Of a DNA stretch of 38,155 bases, positions 1 through 10,193 are shown piece after piece. Position 1 is the stretch's first letter; each line of letters begins with the position of its first letter. A program made the position numbers and the translations under genes. The notes under the pieces are model-generated. The model was not told where the DNA came from, did no database searches, and was given only the letters and a program-made list of their open reading frames with translations. Source of the DNA: an uncultured Gammaproteobacteria bacterium (GTDB taxonomy: Bacteria > Patescibacteriota > Patescibacteriia > UBA9934 > GWF2-40-263). The DNA lies in contig CAYJWY010000006.1 of the NCBI GenBank assembly GCA_964374035.1, forward strand, positions 1 through 38,155. Direction: 5' to 3'.

Positions 1-53
1 TGGACGAAAACGAGGAGCGAGAGGACTAGAATAAACAAGAGAATGGTTCCCAT
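1..53 (-). CDS. rseP: N-terminus of RseP/M50 family intramembrane zinc metalloprotease (runs off window)
   Basis: Minus strand from ATG at 53 reads MGTILLFILVLSLLVFV(H), the usual lead-in to the HExxH motif of RseP. Only about 18 codons are visible. Confidence 0.6.
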   Translation of the reverse strand, partial: MGTILLFILVLSLLVFV

Positions 54-128
54 AATAGGCTTTATGATAGCGGTTCAACGAGCATGTAGCAAGAAAAAAC
101 AGAGCTGCCCTGAAGGTAACTCGGAATC

Positions 129-1379
129 TTAGGATGAGGCAATCTTATCGATCGAAGAACGTTTCAGGAGTGTCACCAAGCAATCTCGGTAGCTCGACAA
201 ACCAACCACGTCGACATATTCGTCTGCGCCATGCTCGTTGCCACCCGCAGGCGCAAGACACATGAACTGCGTTTTGTGTGCATCAGAAAGAAGCGTCACA
301 TCGATGAATCCCGTTGACGCAGGATCTTTGACGCGACCGCGGTGCACCGGCTCGAATACATCGAACAACCACTTCGTGGCTTCACGATCCGCCTCATACG
401 CCGGCATTTCAAAATTCACGTGCGTTGTCAGTTCCGCTTGAACCGTTCGATCACGATTCCATGCAGCCATGGCCTCTTGCGCAACTGAAACAAAAAAGGC
501 CGCGTTCACGTGCTGATCTCCCGAGCGAACATCCATCAATGCCCAGCCAACATTCGGAATTTTATTCGCAATATTTTTCATCGCAGGAACATCTCGTGTA
601 CCCAAGCTAATCACATCGAACGTGACCGCATCGAAGGAACCAACATGAATCGCCGCAAGGTTGACAGCGGTCTCCATGCGTGTTGGTTGTTTGAGACAGG
701 CTGTGCGTACCGCATCGAGAACAAACACCATCGCCTCCGCGGCGTTCGCACCCGTCTTCTGTCGCGAGGCGTGTCCAGAAACACCTTTCACCAAAAATTC
801 TATTTCGAGACATCCTCGCCATCCAAGATACGCTTCCGCTTTACCCCCACACACGGATAGCCCGAATGCCGGCTTCACGTCTGCGTGTCGTCTCACGAAA
901 TCTTGCATGCCGACAAAATTCACTTCTTCATCGCCGTAAAAGAGATACCCAACGCCGCGCGTTGGACCCGCCTTGCCGATGGCGTCAAGGCACGCGGCAA
1001 TTCCACCGCGCGCGTCTGCGGCACCAAGGGCGTGATAGCGACCCTCGCGAACAGAAAACTCTTCGACCGCCCACCCTTGCGTTGGCGTCACGGTATCGAT
1101 ATGACCAACCACGAGGAACTGCACGTCCGCAGGATTTCCGTCACACGCAAAGACATTAAAAAATCCTGGGATCATTGTTCCCTCTTCATCACAAACCGCA
1201 TCGACGGAAACGATGAGCCATGGATAGGCACGCAAACGCTCAGCGATGTGCAGCGCAATCGCCTCTTCTCCTTGGCCGCTCTTATTCATGCGATAGCCAC
1301 GAATGCGACACAGGGCATCAAGCGTTGTTAAAACAGTTTCTGCATCTGGATTCATGGAGGGTCCACGTTCAGCTAGCAT
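129..1379 (-). CDS. M20/M25/M40 family metallohydrolase (ArgE/DapE-like)
   Basis: Metal-ligand motifs GHIDTV, GAADARGG, GDEE and GHAS, plus C-terminal EHGADE. Confidence 0.85.
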   Translation of the reverse strand: MLAERGPSMNPDAETVLTTLDALCRIRGYRMNKSGQGEEAIALHIAERLRAYPWLIVSVDAVCDEEGTMIPGFFNVFACDGNPADVQFLVVGHIDTVTPTQGWAVEEFSVREGRYHALGAADARGGIAACLDAIGKAGPTRGVGYLFYGDEEVNFVGMQDFVRRHADVKPAFGLSVCGGKAEAYLGWRGCLEIEFLVKGVSGHASRQKTGANAAEAMVFVLDAVRTACLKQPTRMETAVNLAAIHVGSFDAVTFDVISLGTRDVPAMKNIANKIPNVGWALMDVRSGDQHVNAAFFVSVAQEAMAAWNRDRTVQAELTTHVNFEMPAYEADREATKWLFDVFEPVHRGRVKDPASTGFIDVTLLSDAHKTQFMCLAPAGGNEHGADEYVDVVGLSSYRDCLVTLLKRSSIDKIASS

Positions 1380-1385
1380 AACGAT

Positions 1386-2600
1386 TTATGTTAAAAGAAT
1401 ACGCACAAAATGTCGCTTTCCTTTTTGAATCAGAACGCCATCGGCCGTTGGTTCGACGATCTGTTCGACGTTGTCGACGACCACATCGTTCACCTTCACA
1501 CCACCACCTTCGATCAAACGACGCGCGTCAGACTTGGAGGAAGCGAGTTTCGCTTCAACGAGAACGTCGAGGATCGACATCGCGCTTGCAATCGTCATCT
1601 GTGGAACGTCGGTTGGGGTTTCGTGTTCTTTGAAGAGCTGATCGAATCGCTCGCTTGCCACGGCTCCTTCGTCGGCTCCGTAAAACGTTGCGACAACTTC
1701 GCGGGCGAGTCGGGCTTTGATGTCTCGTGGATTGGCCTCTTCTCGAATCAAGGACTTGGAAATCGCCACGACTTCGTCCATGGCAACGTTGGTCAGTAAT
1801 TCAAATCCGCCGACAATCATGCCGTCGCCCCAGCTCATCACCTTGCCGAATATTTCGTCTGCGGAGTCGTCAAAGCGAATCATATTGCCCTCGCTCTTTC
1901 CCATCTTCTTTCCGGTTGTATCAACGAGCATTTTGGTCGTGAGCACAAACTTTTCTTTGTGCCTCATGATCTTCATGAGATCACGGCCCGCAAGCATGTT
2001 AAATGTTTGATCGTTGCCACCAAGTTCCCCATCGACATCCATCGCGACACAATCATAGCCCTGCATGAGCGGATAAAAAAACTCGTGCAAGTAAATCGGC
2101 TTGCCTTCCTTCATGCGCTCACTGAACATGTCACGCTCGAGCATTTGCTGAACCGTGAAGTTGGAAGCGAGTTCGACCACGTCGTTGAAATTCAACTTGC
2201 TGTGCCACTCACTGTTGTGTCGAATCTCCGCCGGATTCGATCCCTCGAACGAAATAATCTGCGAAGCCTGTTCTTTGTACGTCTTCGCGTTCTCAAGAAC
2301 TTGCTCGCGCGTCAATCGAACACGCGTCGCTGACTTATCGGTCGGGTCCCCAATCATGCCCGTGAAGTCGCCGATCAAAAGAATGATCTTGTGGCCGAGA
2401 TCTTGAAACTGTTTCATCTTGCGCAAAAAAATCGAATGCCCCATGTGCAAATTCGCACCAGTTGGATCAATGCCGACATAGAGTGAAAGCTGTTTGCCTT
2501 CTTTGAGTCGAGCCTCGAGGAAATCTCGGCTTGGGTAGATGTTCTCGACTCCACGATCGAGGAGTTCCGTAATTTTTTGTGCGTCTGTGCTTATTGTCAT
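1386..2600 (-). CDS. tyrS: Tyrosine--tRNA ligase
   Basis: GIDPTGANLHMGH (HIGH), YPLMQGYD, GGNDQ, KMGKS (KMSKS) and a C-terminal S4 domain. Confidence 0.97.
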   Translation of the reverse strand: MTISTDAQKITELLDRGVENIYPSRDFLEARLKEGKQLSLYVGIDPTGANLHMGHSIFLRKMKQFQDLGHKIILLIGDFTGMIGDPTDKSATRVRLTREQVLENAKTYKEQASQIISFEGSNPAEIRHNSEWHSKLNFNDVVELASNFTVQQMLERDMFSERMKEGKPIYLHEFFYPLMQGYDCVAMDVDGELGGNDQTFNMLAGRDLMKIMRHKEKFVLTTKMLVDTTGKKMGKSEGNMIRFDDSADEIFGKVMSWGDGMIVGGFELLTNVAMDEVVAISKSLIREEANPRDIKARLAREVVATFYGADEGAVASERFDQLFKEHETPTDVPQMTIASAMSILDVLVEAKLASSKSDARRLIEGGGVKVNDVVVDNVEQIVEPTADGVLIQKGKRHFVRILLT

Positions 2601-2609
2601 ACAGGTAAT

Positions 2610-3380
2610 TTACAATTCATTGAGCCACGAACGAATCAAGCGCATCGTATCCTCTGGGCCGTCCACGGCAATGGCGTCGATGCCTGTTCGCAACACGGCC
2701 TCGTCATTTCCACCTTCATACAATGCGTCTCCGACAAAGAGCATACGATCGACGGGAATCGCGAGATGTTCAACCATTTGCTCAACACCATAACCCTTAT
2801 CGATTCCTTTCATCGTCACATCGATGGAAGACTTGCCCGGAATCTTGATTTCAAACTCCGGCAAGAGACGTTTCAAAACACCAACAATTTCCCGTCGGCG
2901 ATCCTGCGGCGATCCTTTATAAGCGTCTTTCAGTTCAATCGGTGCTTGTTGACCAAGGGCAGAGAAGGTAACTTGCGTTCCGCGATCTTCAATCACCTCT
3001 CCATGGACGACTGGTGGATGTTGATACTCAATCTCGACAAACGCTTGCTCGAAGGCATCTTTAATTTCTTGACGCTGTCCATCGGAAAGTACATGAGCGT
3101 ACATGGTTTCCCAAGCGCCGTCTTGGTAACGCAGATACGTTGCGCCGGACGTTGGAAACAAGTGCAATCGATGAAACCAGTCCTTGTGAGCCTCAAGAGG
3201 AGTCAATAGTTGCCATTCAAACACCGGTAACCACCCTCCGCCAATCACGGCAACCTGGCGTTTTTTCAACAAATCCACAAACACGGAAATCATTTCCGGT
3301 TCCATGGGGGTTTTACTCTTTGCAAGTGTTCCGTCGAGATCAAAGACAAATAATTGTTTTTCAGAGATCGGACAGTGCAT
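2610..3380 (-). CDS. HAD-IIB family hydrolase (eukaryotic phosphomannomutase-like)
   Basis: FDLDGTL motif I, IEDRG, SIDVT..GIDKG and FVGDALYEGGNDE motif IV. Confidence 0.85.
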   Translation of the reverse strand: MHCPISEKQLFVFDLDGTLAKSKTPMEPEMISVFVDLLKKRQVAVIGGGWLPVFEWQLLTPLEAHKDWFHRLHLFPTSGATYLRYQDGAWETMYAHVLSDGQRQEIKDAFEQAFVEIEYQHPPVVHGEVIEDRGTQVTFSALGQQAPIELKDAYKGSPQDRRREIVGVLKRLLPEFEIKIPGKSSIDVTMKGIDKGYGVEQMVEHLAIPVDRMLFVGDALYEGGNDEAVLRTGIDAIAVDGPEDTMRLIRSWLNEL

Positions 3381-3458
3381 ACATTCGGATATTTTGACGA
3401 TGGAAGAGAGATTTGATAGACTAAAAGAGTAAATTCATCTCATCTAAGCGAAAATCTT

Positions 3459-4010
3459 ATGGAACTCACATGGATTATTCTTGTCATCGTTGCCGTGATC
3501 GTCTTCTGGCTCATTCTAACATACAACGGGCTCATTTCCGGACGTAATCGTGTGGACGAGGCCTGGTCAGATATTGAGGTGCAAATGAAGCGTCGATATG
3601 ATCTGATTCCCAATCTCGTAAACACAGTGAAAGGATACGCCTCGCATGAAGAAGGTGTGTTCACAAAAGTAACCGAAGCACGAACAGCCGCAATGGGTGC
3701 AACGTCTATGAAGGAACACGCACAAGCGGAAAACATGCTCAGCGAAACACTGAAGTCTCTCTTCGCGGTTTCAGAAAATTATCCGCAACTACGCGCCGCG
3801 GAAAGTTTTCTTCACTTGCAACACGAACTCACAGACGCTGAAGATAAGATCTCTTCTTCACGCCGATTCTACAACGGCAACGTGCGCGATTACAATATTA
3901 AACTGGAAGTCTTTCCAACCAACATGATCGCCAGCCCGTTTGGATTCACAAAACGCGACTTCTTTGACGCTCCGGATGTAGAATTGCAAAAGCCGGAAGT
4001 CCAATTTTAA
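3459..4010 (+). CDS. lemA: LemA family protein
   Basis: N-terminal TM, YNGL...EAWSDIEVQMKRRYDLIPNLV, ENYPQL and RRFYN; directly upstream of htpX. Confidence 0.95.
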   Translation: MELTWIILVIVAVIVFWLILTYNGLISGRNRVDEAWSDIEVQMKRRYDLIPNLVNTVKGYASHEEGVFTKVTEARTAAMGATSMKEHAQAENMLSETLKSLFAVSENYPQLRAAESFLHLQHELTDAEDKISSSRRFYNGNVRDYNIKLEVFPTNMIASPFGFTKRDFFDAPDVELQKPEVQF

Positions 4011-4018
4011 CGGTCTGC

Positions 4019-4082
4019 TGTCATTCTGAACGCAGTGAAGGATCTCTTAAGGAATCCTTCGTCGAGGCTCCTCAGGATGACA
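4019..4082. repeat. REP/REPIN-like palindromic element (TGTCATTCTGA...TCAGGATGACA type)
   Basis: Outer arms TGTCATTCTGA / TCAGGATGACA and inner arms GAAGGAT / ATCCTTC fill the lemA-htpX gap. Confidence 0.7.
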
Positions 4083-4090
4083 CAAGAACT

Positions 4091-4969
4091 ATGTACGCAC
4101 AGATCGCGGCGAACAAACGAAAAACATGGATGCTCATGTCGATCTTCACCATCGTCATTGTTTTGCTTGGATGGGTTTTTGGCCAGTACATGGGCAATCC
4201 ATCATTTGGGATTATCGCGGCTGTGATGATCTCTGTGATCATGACCTTGTTGAGCTACTATCGCGGTGACCGTGTTTCGTTGGCGGCGGCTGGGGCAAAA
4301 CCTATCAAAAAACAAGACGCACCCGAATTATATCGTCTCGTTGAAAATCTCAGCATCGCCTCAGGTATGCCCATGCCACAGGTGTATCTCATTCAAGATT
4401 CAGCCGCGAATGCCTTTGCCACGGGACGTGACCCAGAGCATGCAAGTGTGGCGGTCACAACAGGCCTCTTGCAGATCCTCGACAAACTTGAACTGGAAGG
4501 TGTCCTTGCGCACGAAATGTCTCACATTAAAAATTATGACATCCGCGTCATGACCGTGGTGGTTGTTCTTGTGGGGGTGATTCTCCTGCTCAGCGACTGG
4601 ATGACGCGCACATTTTTTTTCGGCAGTCGCGACAACGATTCAAAATCCGCGGGTATTCTGCTGATCGTCGGGCTTGTTCTGGCAATCCTTTCGCCGTTAT
4701 TTGCCGAGCTTATCAAGCTTGCGATCTCACGTTCACGCGAATATCTCGCCGATGCGTCCGGGAGTTTACTCACACGACATCCGGAAGGACTAGCCAGTGC
4801 ACTCGAGAAAATCGCGAAGCAAGATCAACCGCTCAAAAAAGCCAACCACGCAACAGCACATTTATTTCTCGCCAATCCGTTTGATCCACACGTCACAAAA
4901 AAATTTGAACAGCTCTTTAGCACGCACCCACCCATTATGCAACGGATTGCGAAATTAAGAAGCATGTAA
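4091..4969 (+). CDS. htpX: Zinc metalloprotease HtpX (M48)
   Basis: NAFATG, LAHEMSH (HExxH), SRSREYLAD, FSTHPP and four TM segments. Confidence 0.93.
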   Translation: MYAQIAANKRKTWMLMSIFTIVIVLLGWVFGQYMGNPSFGIIAAVMISVIMTLLSYYRGDRVSLAAAGAKPIKKQDAPELYRLVENLSIASGMPMPQVYLIQDSAANAFATGRDPEHASVAVTTGLLQILDKLELEGVLAHEMSHIKNYDIRVMTVVVVLVGVILLLSDWMTRTFFFGSRDNDSKSAGILLIVGLVLAILSPLFAELIKLAISRSREYLADASGSLLTRHPEGLASALEKIAKQDQPLKKANHATAHLFLANPFDPHVTKKFEQLFSTHPPIMQRIAKLRSM

Positions 4970-4979
4970 GACGAGCAAC

Positions 4980-7475
4980 ATGGGACAAGACATCGTTGAC
5001 AAATTCTCAACGCATCTAAAAAACGTCCTCACGCGCGCGCTGTGTTTTGTTGTGGAACAAAACAAGACCACCATTGAACCGGAACATTTACTTTGGGCAC
5101 TTGGAACGCAAAAAGGCTCAATCGGAGCAGAAATTCTTCATAAGACAGGCGTGAAACAAACCGAGCTTTGCAAACTTGCCAAAAACGTACAATCAACAAC
5201 AACAACAAAAATAAACGGGAACGAAAAAATCTTGTTACATCTTTCGGACGATGCAAAGCGTAGCCTGGAAAAGGCTGTGCTAACCGCAAATATCTATGGA
5301 CATCGTTACGTGGGTACGGAACATTTATTGTCAGGCATCTTGCAGATAAATTCTTTGGTCATCGAAACATTCTTTCTTTCAGCCGTCTGCGACATGAAAG
5401 AACTTAGAACACAAATTTCGCTCGTTCTCAAAAGCGCAACAACGTTCCCCGACATGGTGGACATCATTGCGCAAGATCCAGCCGCGATTGTGACACAAAC
5501 ACAACCCATGACAACGCAAGAACGCGAATCCAACCAAAAAATGACCGCGCTTTCCTATTTCGCTCGTGAACTCACATCGAAAGACTTGCAATCGCGGATT
5601 GATCCCGTCATTGGTCGAGAAAAGGAGATTGAACGCATGATGGAAATCCTCACACGTCGCACGAAAAATAATCCCCTGCTCGTGGGCGAGCCGGGTGTGG
5701 GAAAAACCGCCATAGTGGAAGGACTTGCGAAACGCATTTTTGAAGGCACGGCCGCGCCCATCCTACAACACAAACGCATTTTCGCCCTCGATATGACCTC
5801 CGTGGTTGCCGGCACCATGTATCGTGGTGAATTTGAAGGACGTCTCAAGCAAATCCTCGAAGAGGTGAAGTGCAATACGGATGTCATTTTATTTATCGAC
5901 GAACTCCACACCATCGTGGGGGCTGGTGCCGCTTCTGGAACAATGGATGCCGCCAATATTTTGAAGCCGGCTCTTGCACGCGGAGACATGCGGTGTATTG
6001 GCGCAACAACACCTGCGGAATTTAAAAAATACCTTGAAACAGACAGTGCCCTGGAACGACGCTTCCAGCCCATTGTGGTGGAGGAACCATCCCTCGAAAA
6101 AACACTGGAGATGCTTCAGGGCATCGCGCCGTATTACGAATCATTCCATCGCGTGCGCATTGCACCTGAAGCCATCGAGCAAGCGGTTACACTCTCGCGA
6201 CGTTACATACAAAACAAACAACTTCCCGATAAAGCCATTGATGTGCTCGATGAAGCGGCGGCGCGTGTGCGCATTGCCAACATGGCATCCGGCCCAACGC
6301 AACAACGTCGCAACATGGAACATGCCATCCACGAACTCAAAGAACGCAAACGCATCGCCGTCATCGAAGAACGATTCGAGGACGCCATACAATTAAAAGA
6401 GGAAGAGACATGTCTCAGAAATAATCTTTTAATCAATCATGTCTTGGACGAACAAGCAACAGTTCCGATCATCGGAAAGGATGATGTTGCGGGCGTTGTT
6501 GCAAGCATCACCGGCATGCCGATCGAACAGCTTGTTGCGCAAGATCACACACCCATGGCGATGATCGACGCTCAGCTGAAACAACACGTGATCGGACAGG
6601 ACCGCGCCATTGAAACCGTTTCCGGAGCACTTCGTCGTGCAAAGACCGGAATCGCTCATCCAAACCGTCCGTTGGCTTCGCTCCTCTTCCTTGGACCGTC
6701 CGGTGTTGGAAAAACGGAACTTGCCAAGGCGATCGCGAAAGAATTCTTCCATTCGGAAAAAAATCTCATCCGTCTGGACATGTCGGAATATGCGGAAGGC
6801 TTCACCCTGAGCAAACTTATCGGCGCTCCAGCTGGGTATATTGGGTACAAAGAACAGACCAATCTCACCGATCGGATCAAACAAAAACCCTACAGCCTGG
6901 TCTTGTTTGATGAACTGGAAAAAAGTCATCGCGATGTTCAAAACCTTCTGTTGCAGATTCTCGAGGAAGGAGAACTCACGGATGCATCAGGTCGCACCAT
7001 CAACTTTCGAAACACCATTGTCGTCATGACTTCAAACGTAGGTCTCGAACGCTTTGAAAACGGGGATATCGGCTTTCTCGAATCCGACAAAACGCGTACA
7101 ATGATGCTGAACCAAGATGTTCGAAAAGAACTCGAGGAACGCTTTCGACCTGAACTTCTCAATCGTATCGATCACACCTGTGTGTTTGAACCGCTCGCGA
7201 CAGAATCGCTCAAGCACATTTTCCACAAACAAGTGAATGAGATGATTGAGCGCACGTTGCAAAACGGCGTAACCGTGTCAGTCGACGACGCCGTTCTCGA
7301 AGAACTCTTGAAACACGTGAACACCAAACAAGGCGCACGTACCGTTCGACAAGTCATTCAAGAACATCTGGAAACACGCATCGCTGAACGTCTCACCAAG
7401 AACGATCGTGCAAAACGATTCCGCATCTCTCTTAAAGGTTCCGATATCCATGTGACCAATTCTCGTTCTTCCTAA
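4980..7475 (+). CDS. clpC: ATP-dependent Clp protease ATP-binding subunit ClpC
   Basis: Two Clp-N repeats, Walker A motifs GEPGVGKT and GPSGVGKT, a short UVR-like coiled coil and an IGF ClpP-docking loop. Confidence 0.9.
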   Translation: MGQDIVDKFSTHLKNVLTRALCFVVEQNKTTIEPEHLLWALGTQKGSIGAEILHKTGVKQTELCKLAKNVQSTTTTKINGNEKILLHLSDDAKRSLEKAVLTANIYGHRYVGTEHLLSGILQINSLVIETFFLSAVCDMKELRTQISLVLKSATTFPDMVDIIAQDPAAIVTQTQPMTTQERESNQKMTALSYFARELTSKDLQSRIDPVIGREKEIERMMEILTRRTKNNPLLVGEPGVGKTAIVEGLAKRIFEGTAAPILQHKRIFALDMTSVVAGTMYRGEFEGRLKQILEEVKCNTDVILFIDELHTIVGAGAASGTMDAANILKPALARGDMRCIGATTPAEFKKYLETDSALERRFQPIVVEEPSLEKTLEMLQGIAPYYESFHRVRIAPEAIEQAVTLSRRYIQNKQLPDKAIDVLDEAAARVRIANMASGPTQQRRNMEHAIHELKERKRIAVIEERFEDAIQLKEEETCLRNNLLINHVLDEQATVPIIGKDDVAGVVASITGMPIEQLVAQDHTPMAMIDAQLKQHVIGQDRAIETVSGALRRAKTGIAHPNRPLASLLFLGPSGVGKTELAKAIAKEFFHSEKNLIRLDMSEYAEGFTLSKLIGAPAGYIGYKEQTNLTDRIKQKPYSLVLFDELEKSHRDVQNLLLQILEEGELTDASGRTINFRNTIVVMTSNVGLERFENGDIGFLESDKTRTMMLNQDVRKELEERFRPELLNRIDHTCVFEPLATESLKHIFHKQVNEMIERTLQNGVTVSVDDAVLEELLKHVNTKQGARTVRQVIQEHLETRIAERLTKNDRAKRFRISLKGSDIHVTNSRSS

Positions 7476-7477
7476 CT

Positions 7478-8305
7478 ATGCCTATCGCCGCCGTCGCCGC
7501 CGGGTTTGGACGCGCTGGTGCCGCTGTTTCGCGGGGTGCTGTTTCCGTTGGAACAAACATCGCAAAAAGCACGACAAACACGGTTGCCAGTCAACGCAGT
7601 CGTCTCATACAACAACAACAGCGTGCACGGATCCAGGCACAAAAAACTCAAGGCCAATCAAACCTTGGCGTATCGCCCTCCATGAACACGAGGATGCCCA
7701 AGGCACGCTCGTTGGAATCAGCAAATGCAGACAAACCTGGATCCACAAATAACCAACAACAGATTCAACAACAAGAACAAAACGGGATGAGCATGTCTCG
7801 GGCAACAACGCTTCGCAATGCCGTATTTGATCAACAAAACCAACAAAGACAACAATCCGCTGATGAGGTACGCAAACCTGGAGAAGCAACCAAGGAGGAA
7901 CTGAAAAAACGTGATGCACGCGAAAACGTGATTGAAGCCTACCTTCAGTCTTTAAATCTCGGACTCACGGCAATCGAACTTGCCACAGCAGGTGCAGGCT
8001 TCTTGCTCACCTTTGTTCCGCGCATGCTAACGCTTGGACGATGGAATATGCAACTCATCGTTGGAGACATCATCGGAAGAGGGAAAAATAAATATATCAG
8101 CGGACTGAAGTATCGAGGTGGTTTGAGTATTTTAAAATATCTGGATCCGCGTGCCATGGGTTTTACCGCTTTTGTGATCATGATCGATGTAGTGTTTGTG
8201 CTCATCGGTTTGCTCATCTTCGCGCTGATGACGCTTATGGTTTTGGCCATGCTAAGCCCATTGCTCATTGGAGCCTATTTCTTTGGTGAATTATTTGGCG
8301 GCTAA
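7478..8305 (+). CDS. Hypothetical membrane protein, Gln-rich N-terminal half, C-terminal TM helices
   Basis: ORF is tightly packed (2 nt after clpC, 7 nt before the next gene); poly-Q tracts and hydrophobic C-terminus. Confidence 0.75.
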   Translation: MPIAAVAAGFGRAGAAVSRGAVSVGTNIAKSTTNTVASQRSRLIQQQQRARIQAQKTQGQSNLGVSPSMNTRMPKARSLESANADKPGSTNNQQQIQQQEQNGMSMSRATTLRNAVFDQQNQQRQQSADEVRKPGEATKEELKKRDARENVIEAYLQSLNLGLTAIELATAGAGFLLTFVPRMLTLGRWNMQLIVGDIIGRGKNKYISGLKYRGGLSILKYLDPRAMGFTAFVIMIDVVFVLIGLLIFALMTLMVLAMLSPLLIGAYFFGELFGG

Positions 8306-8312
8306 CACTCCT

Positions 8313-9545
8313 ATGTCTGAACGAACAAAAAAAATCATTGTCATCGGTCTGTTCCTGCTTTCCGTTGTGGGTATCGCTCTTGCTCTCTACTGGGCCTTTT
8401 TCCGTATTGAACCAAGTAGACAACCTCCAAGTGTGGAGCCCATCACGCCCACAGACCAAGGAACCCTACCGGGCGCGAGCGGACAACGAGAACCCACCAT
8501 CCTTGAGGGCGAAGGTGCCCTTGAAAGACTACAGGAAGCGGATGCCGTTGCCAGGGGCGGTGTCACAACAACCACAGCCCTTTCCTCCGGACCGGTTTTC
8601 AACCCGACCATTAGCAGTGATGGTGCGGCCGTCAACTATTACAGTAAAGCGGACGGTCGATTTTATCGGATTGACGAAAACGGTGACGTGAAATCCCTGT
8701 CAGATAAACAATTCCCGGATGTTGAAAACGTCGTATGGAATCGCAACAGTGAAAAAGCCGTTCTTGAATTTCCCGATGGTTCAAACGTTATTTATGACTT
8801 TGAAAACGAACAGCAGGTGAGTTTACCAAATCATTGGGAGGATTTTGATTTTTCTCCGGTTCGAGATGAGCTCATTGCAAAGAGCATTGGTCTGGATCCA
8901 AACAACCGTTGGCTGGTCACCGTCAACGCGGACGGATCGAATGCAAAAGCGTTTCAAGCCCTTGGCGACAATGAAAGCAAGGTTCAAGTGAACTGGTCAC
9001 CAAACGATCAAGTGGTCGCATTTGCAGACACCGCCACAGAAGCCTATAGCGGAAATCTCGATCGAAAAATTATTTTTCCCATTGGAAAAAATAAAGAAAA
9101 CTACAAAGGTCTGATCGTCGAAGGATTGGACTTTCAATCAAGCTGGTCACCTTCGGGGAAAAAAATTGTCTATTCCGTAGCCGGATCCTACAGCAATTAT
9201 CGTCCCCTTTTGTGGACGGCGGACGCAACGCCAACCACCATGGGCGAACAGCGCAAAAGCATTCCTCTGAACACATGGATCGAGAAATGCACGTGGTCCT
9301 CATCCGCGGAAATGATTTGTGCGGTTCCAAACAGTCTTCCGGCAAACGCGGGTCTGCAACCAAGCCTTTTTAGTTCAGAGCCGGACAATGTTTACAAAGT
9401 CAATATCGAAACCGGAGTCACCTCACGCATTGCAACCCCCGTTTCAAAAACAACCATGAGCAATCTCGTTGTTTCAAAAGACGGCTCAACGTTATTTTAT
9501 ACAAACACCTTGACGGGAGAGCTTGAAAAAATGAAACTGAAATAG
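8313..9545 (+). CDS. Membrane-anchored TolB/WD40-like beta-propeller protein
   Basis: Start moved to ATG 8313 (MSERTKK). One N-terminal TM, then repeated blade motifs (ISSDG, FSPVRD, WSPND, WSPSGK, VSKDG). Confidence 0.7.
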   Translation: MSERTKKIIVIGLFLLSVVGIALALYWAFFRIEPSRQPPSVEPITPTDQGTLPGASGQREPTILEGEGALERLQEADAVARGGVTTTTALSSGPVFNPTISSDGAAVNYYSKADGRFYRIDENGDVKSLSDKQFPDVENVVWNRNSEKAVLEFPDGSNVIYDFENEQQVSLPNHWEDFDFSPVRDELIAKSIGLDPNNRWLVTVNADGSNAKAFQALGDNESKVQVNWSPNDQVVAFADTATEAYSGNLDRKIIFPIGKNKENYKGLIVEGLDFQSSWSPSGKKIVYSVAGSYSNYRPLLWTADATPTTMGEQRKSIPLNTWIEKCTWSSSAEMICAVPNSLPANAGLQPSLFSSEPDNVYKVNIETGVTSRIATPVSKTTMSNLVVSKDGSTLFYTNTLTGELEKMKLK

Positions 9546-9547
9546 GT

Positions 9548-10189
9548 ATGAAAAACAGCTGGTTGATTTTTCTGAGTATCAGTTTCTTAACCATTGTCAC
9601 CTTTGTTTTCTTTTTTCTCAATACGCAACCCATTGAGCTTCCGAAAATCGATCCGGACAAACAAGAAACACTCACACAACCGGTCATCACGTTTGTCAAC
9701 CCATCCAAAGGCCCAACGTCCGCACCTGTCACGATTGTTCTGTTCGGCGACTTTCAATGCCAAGCATGCGCAGAAATGTCCGAAACGATTGAAACCATTC
9801 GACAAGCATATCCCGACAACATACGCGTTATTTGGAAAAATTTTCCAAACGAATCCCTTCACCCGGAAGCCACACCCTCAGCCATTGCCGCTCACTGCGC
9901 GGATCGACAAGGAAAATTTTGGCAGTACCATGACCAATTGTTCACACGTCAATCTGTTTTATCCAAAAATACCTATGACGAGATCGCAAAAGATCTCGCA
10001 TTGGATATCAATCGTTTTGAGAATTGTATCCAGTCTGAGGATACCCTCGCGATCGTGCAAAAAGATTTTGAGGAAGCCCGCGCACTCCAACTCTCAGCAA
10101 CACCGGCAACCTATGTGGGAACGCAACTCTTCGTAGGAGCGATCACCCTAAACGATCTCACAAACCTGGTGAAAACACAGCTTCCATAG
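9548..10189 (+). CDS. DsbA-family thiol:disulfide oxidoreductase
   Basis: N-terminal TM, G...APVTIVLFGDFQCQAC (CxxC), QGKFWQYHD and cis-Pro motif ATP. Confidence 0.9.
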   Translation: MKNSWLIFLSISFLTIVTFVFFFLNTQPIELPKIDPDKQETLTQPVITFVNPSKGPTSAPVTIVLFGDFQCQACAEMSETIETIRQAYPDNIRVIWKNFPNESLHPEATPSAIAAHCADRQGKFWQYHDQLFTRQSVLSKNTYDEIAKDLALDINRFENCIQSEDTLAIVQKDFEEARALQLSATPATYVGTQLFVGAITLNDLTNLVKTQLP

Positions 10190-10193
10190 GTGT

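Noticed and set aside
4980..7475. ClpV/T6SS or ClpB assignment
   Set aside because: The short middle domain and IGF loop fit ClpC, and no T6SS genes are nearby.
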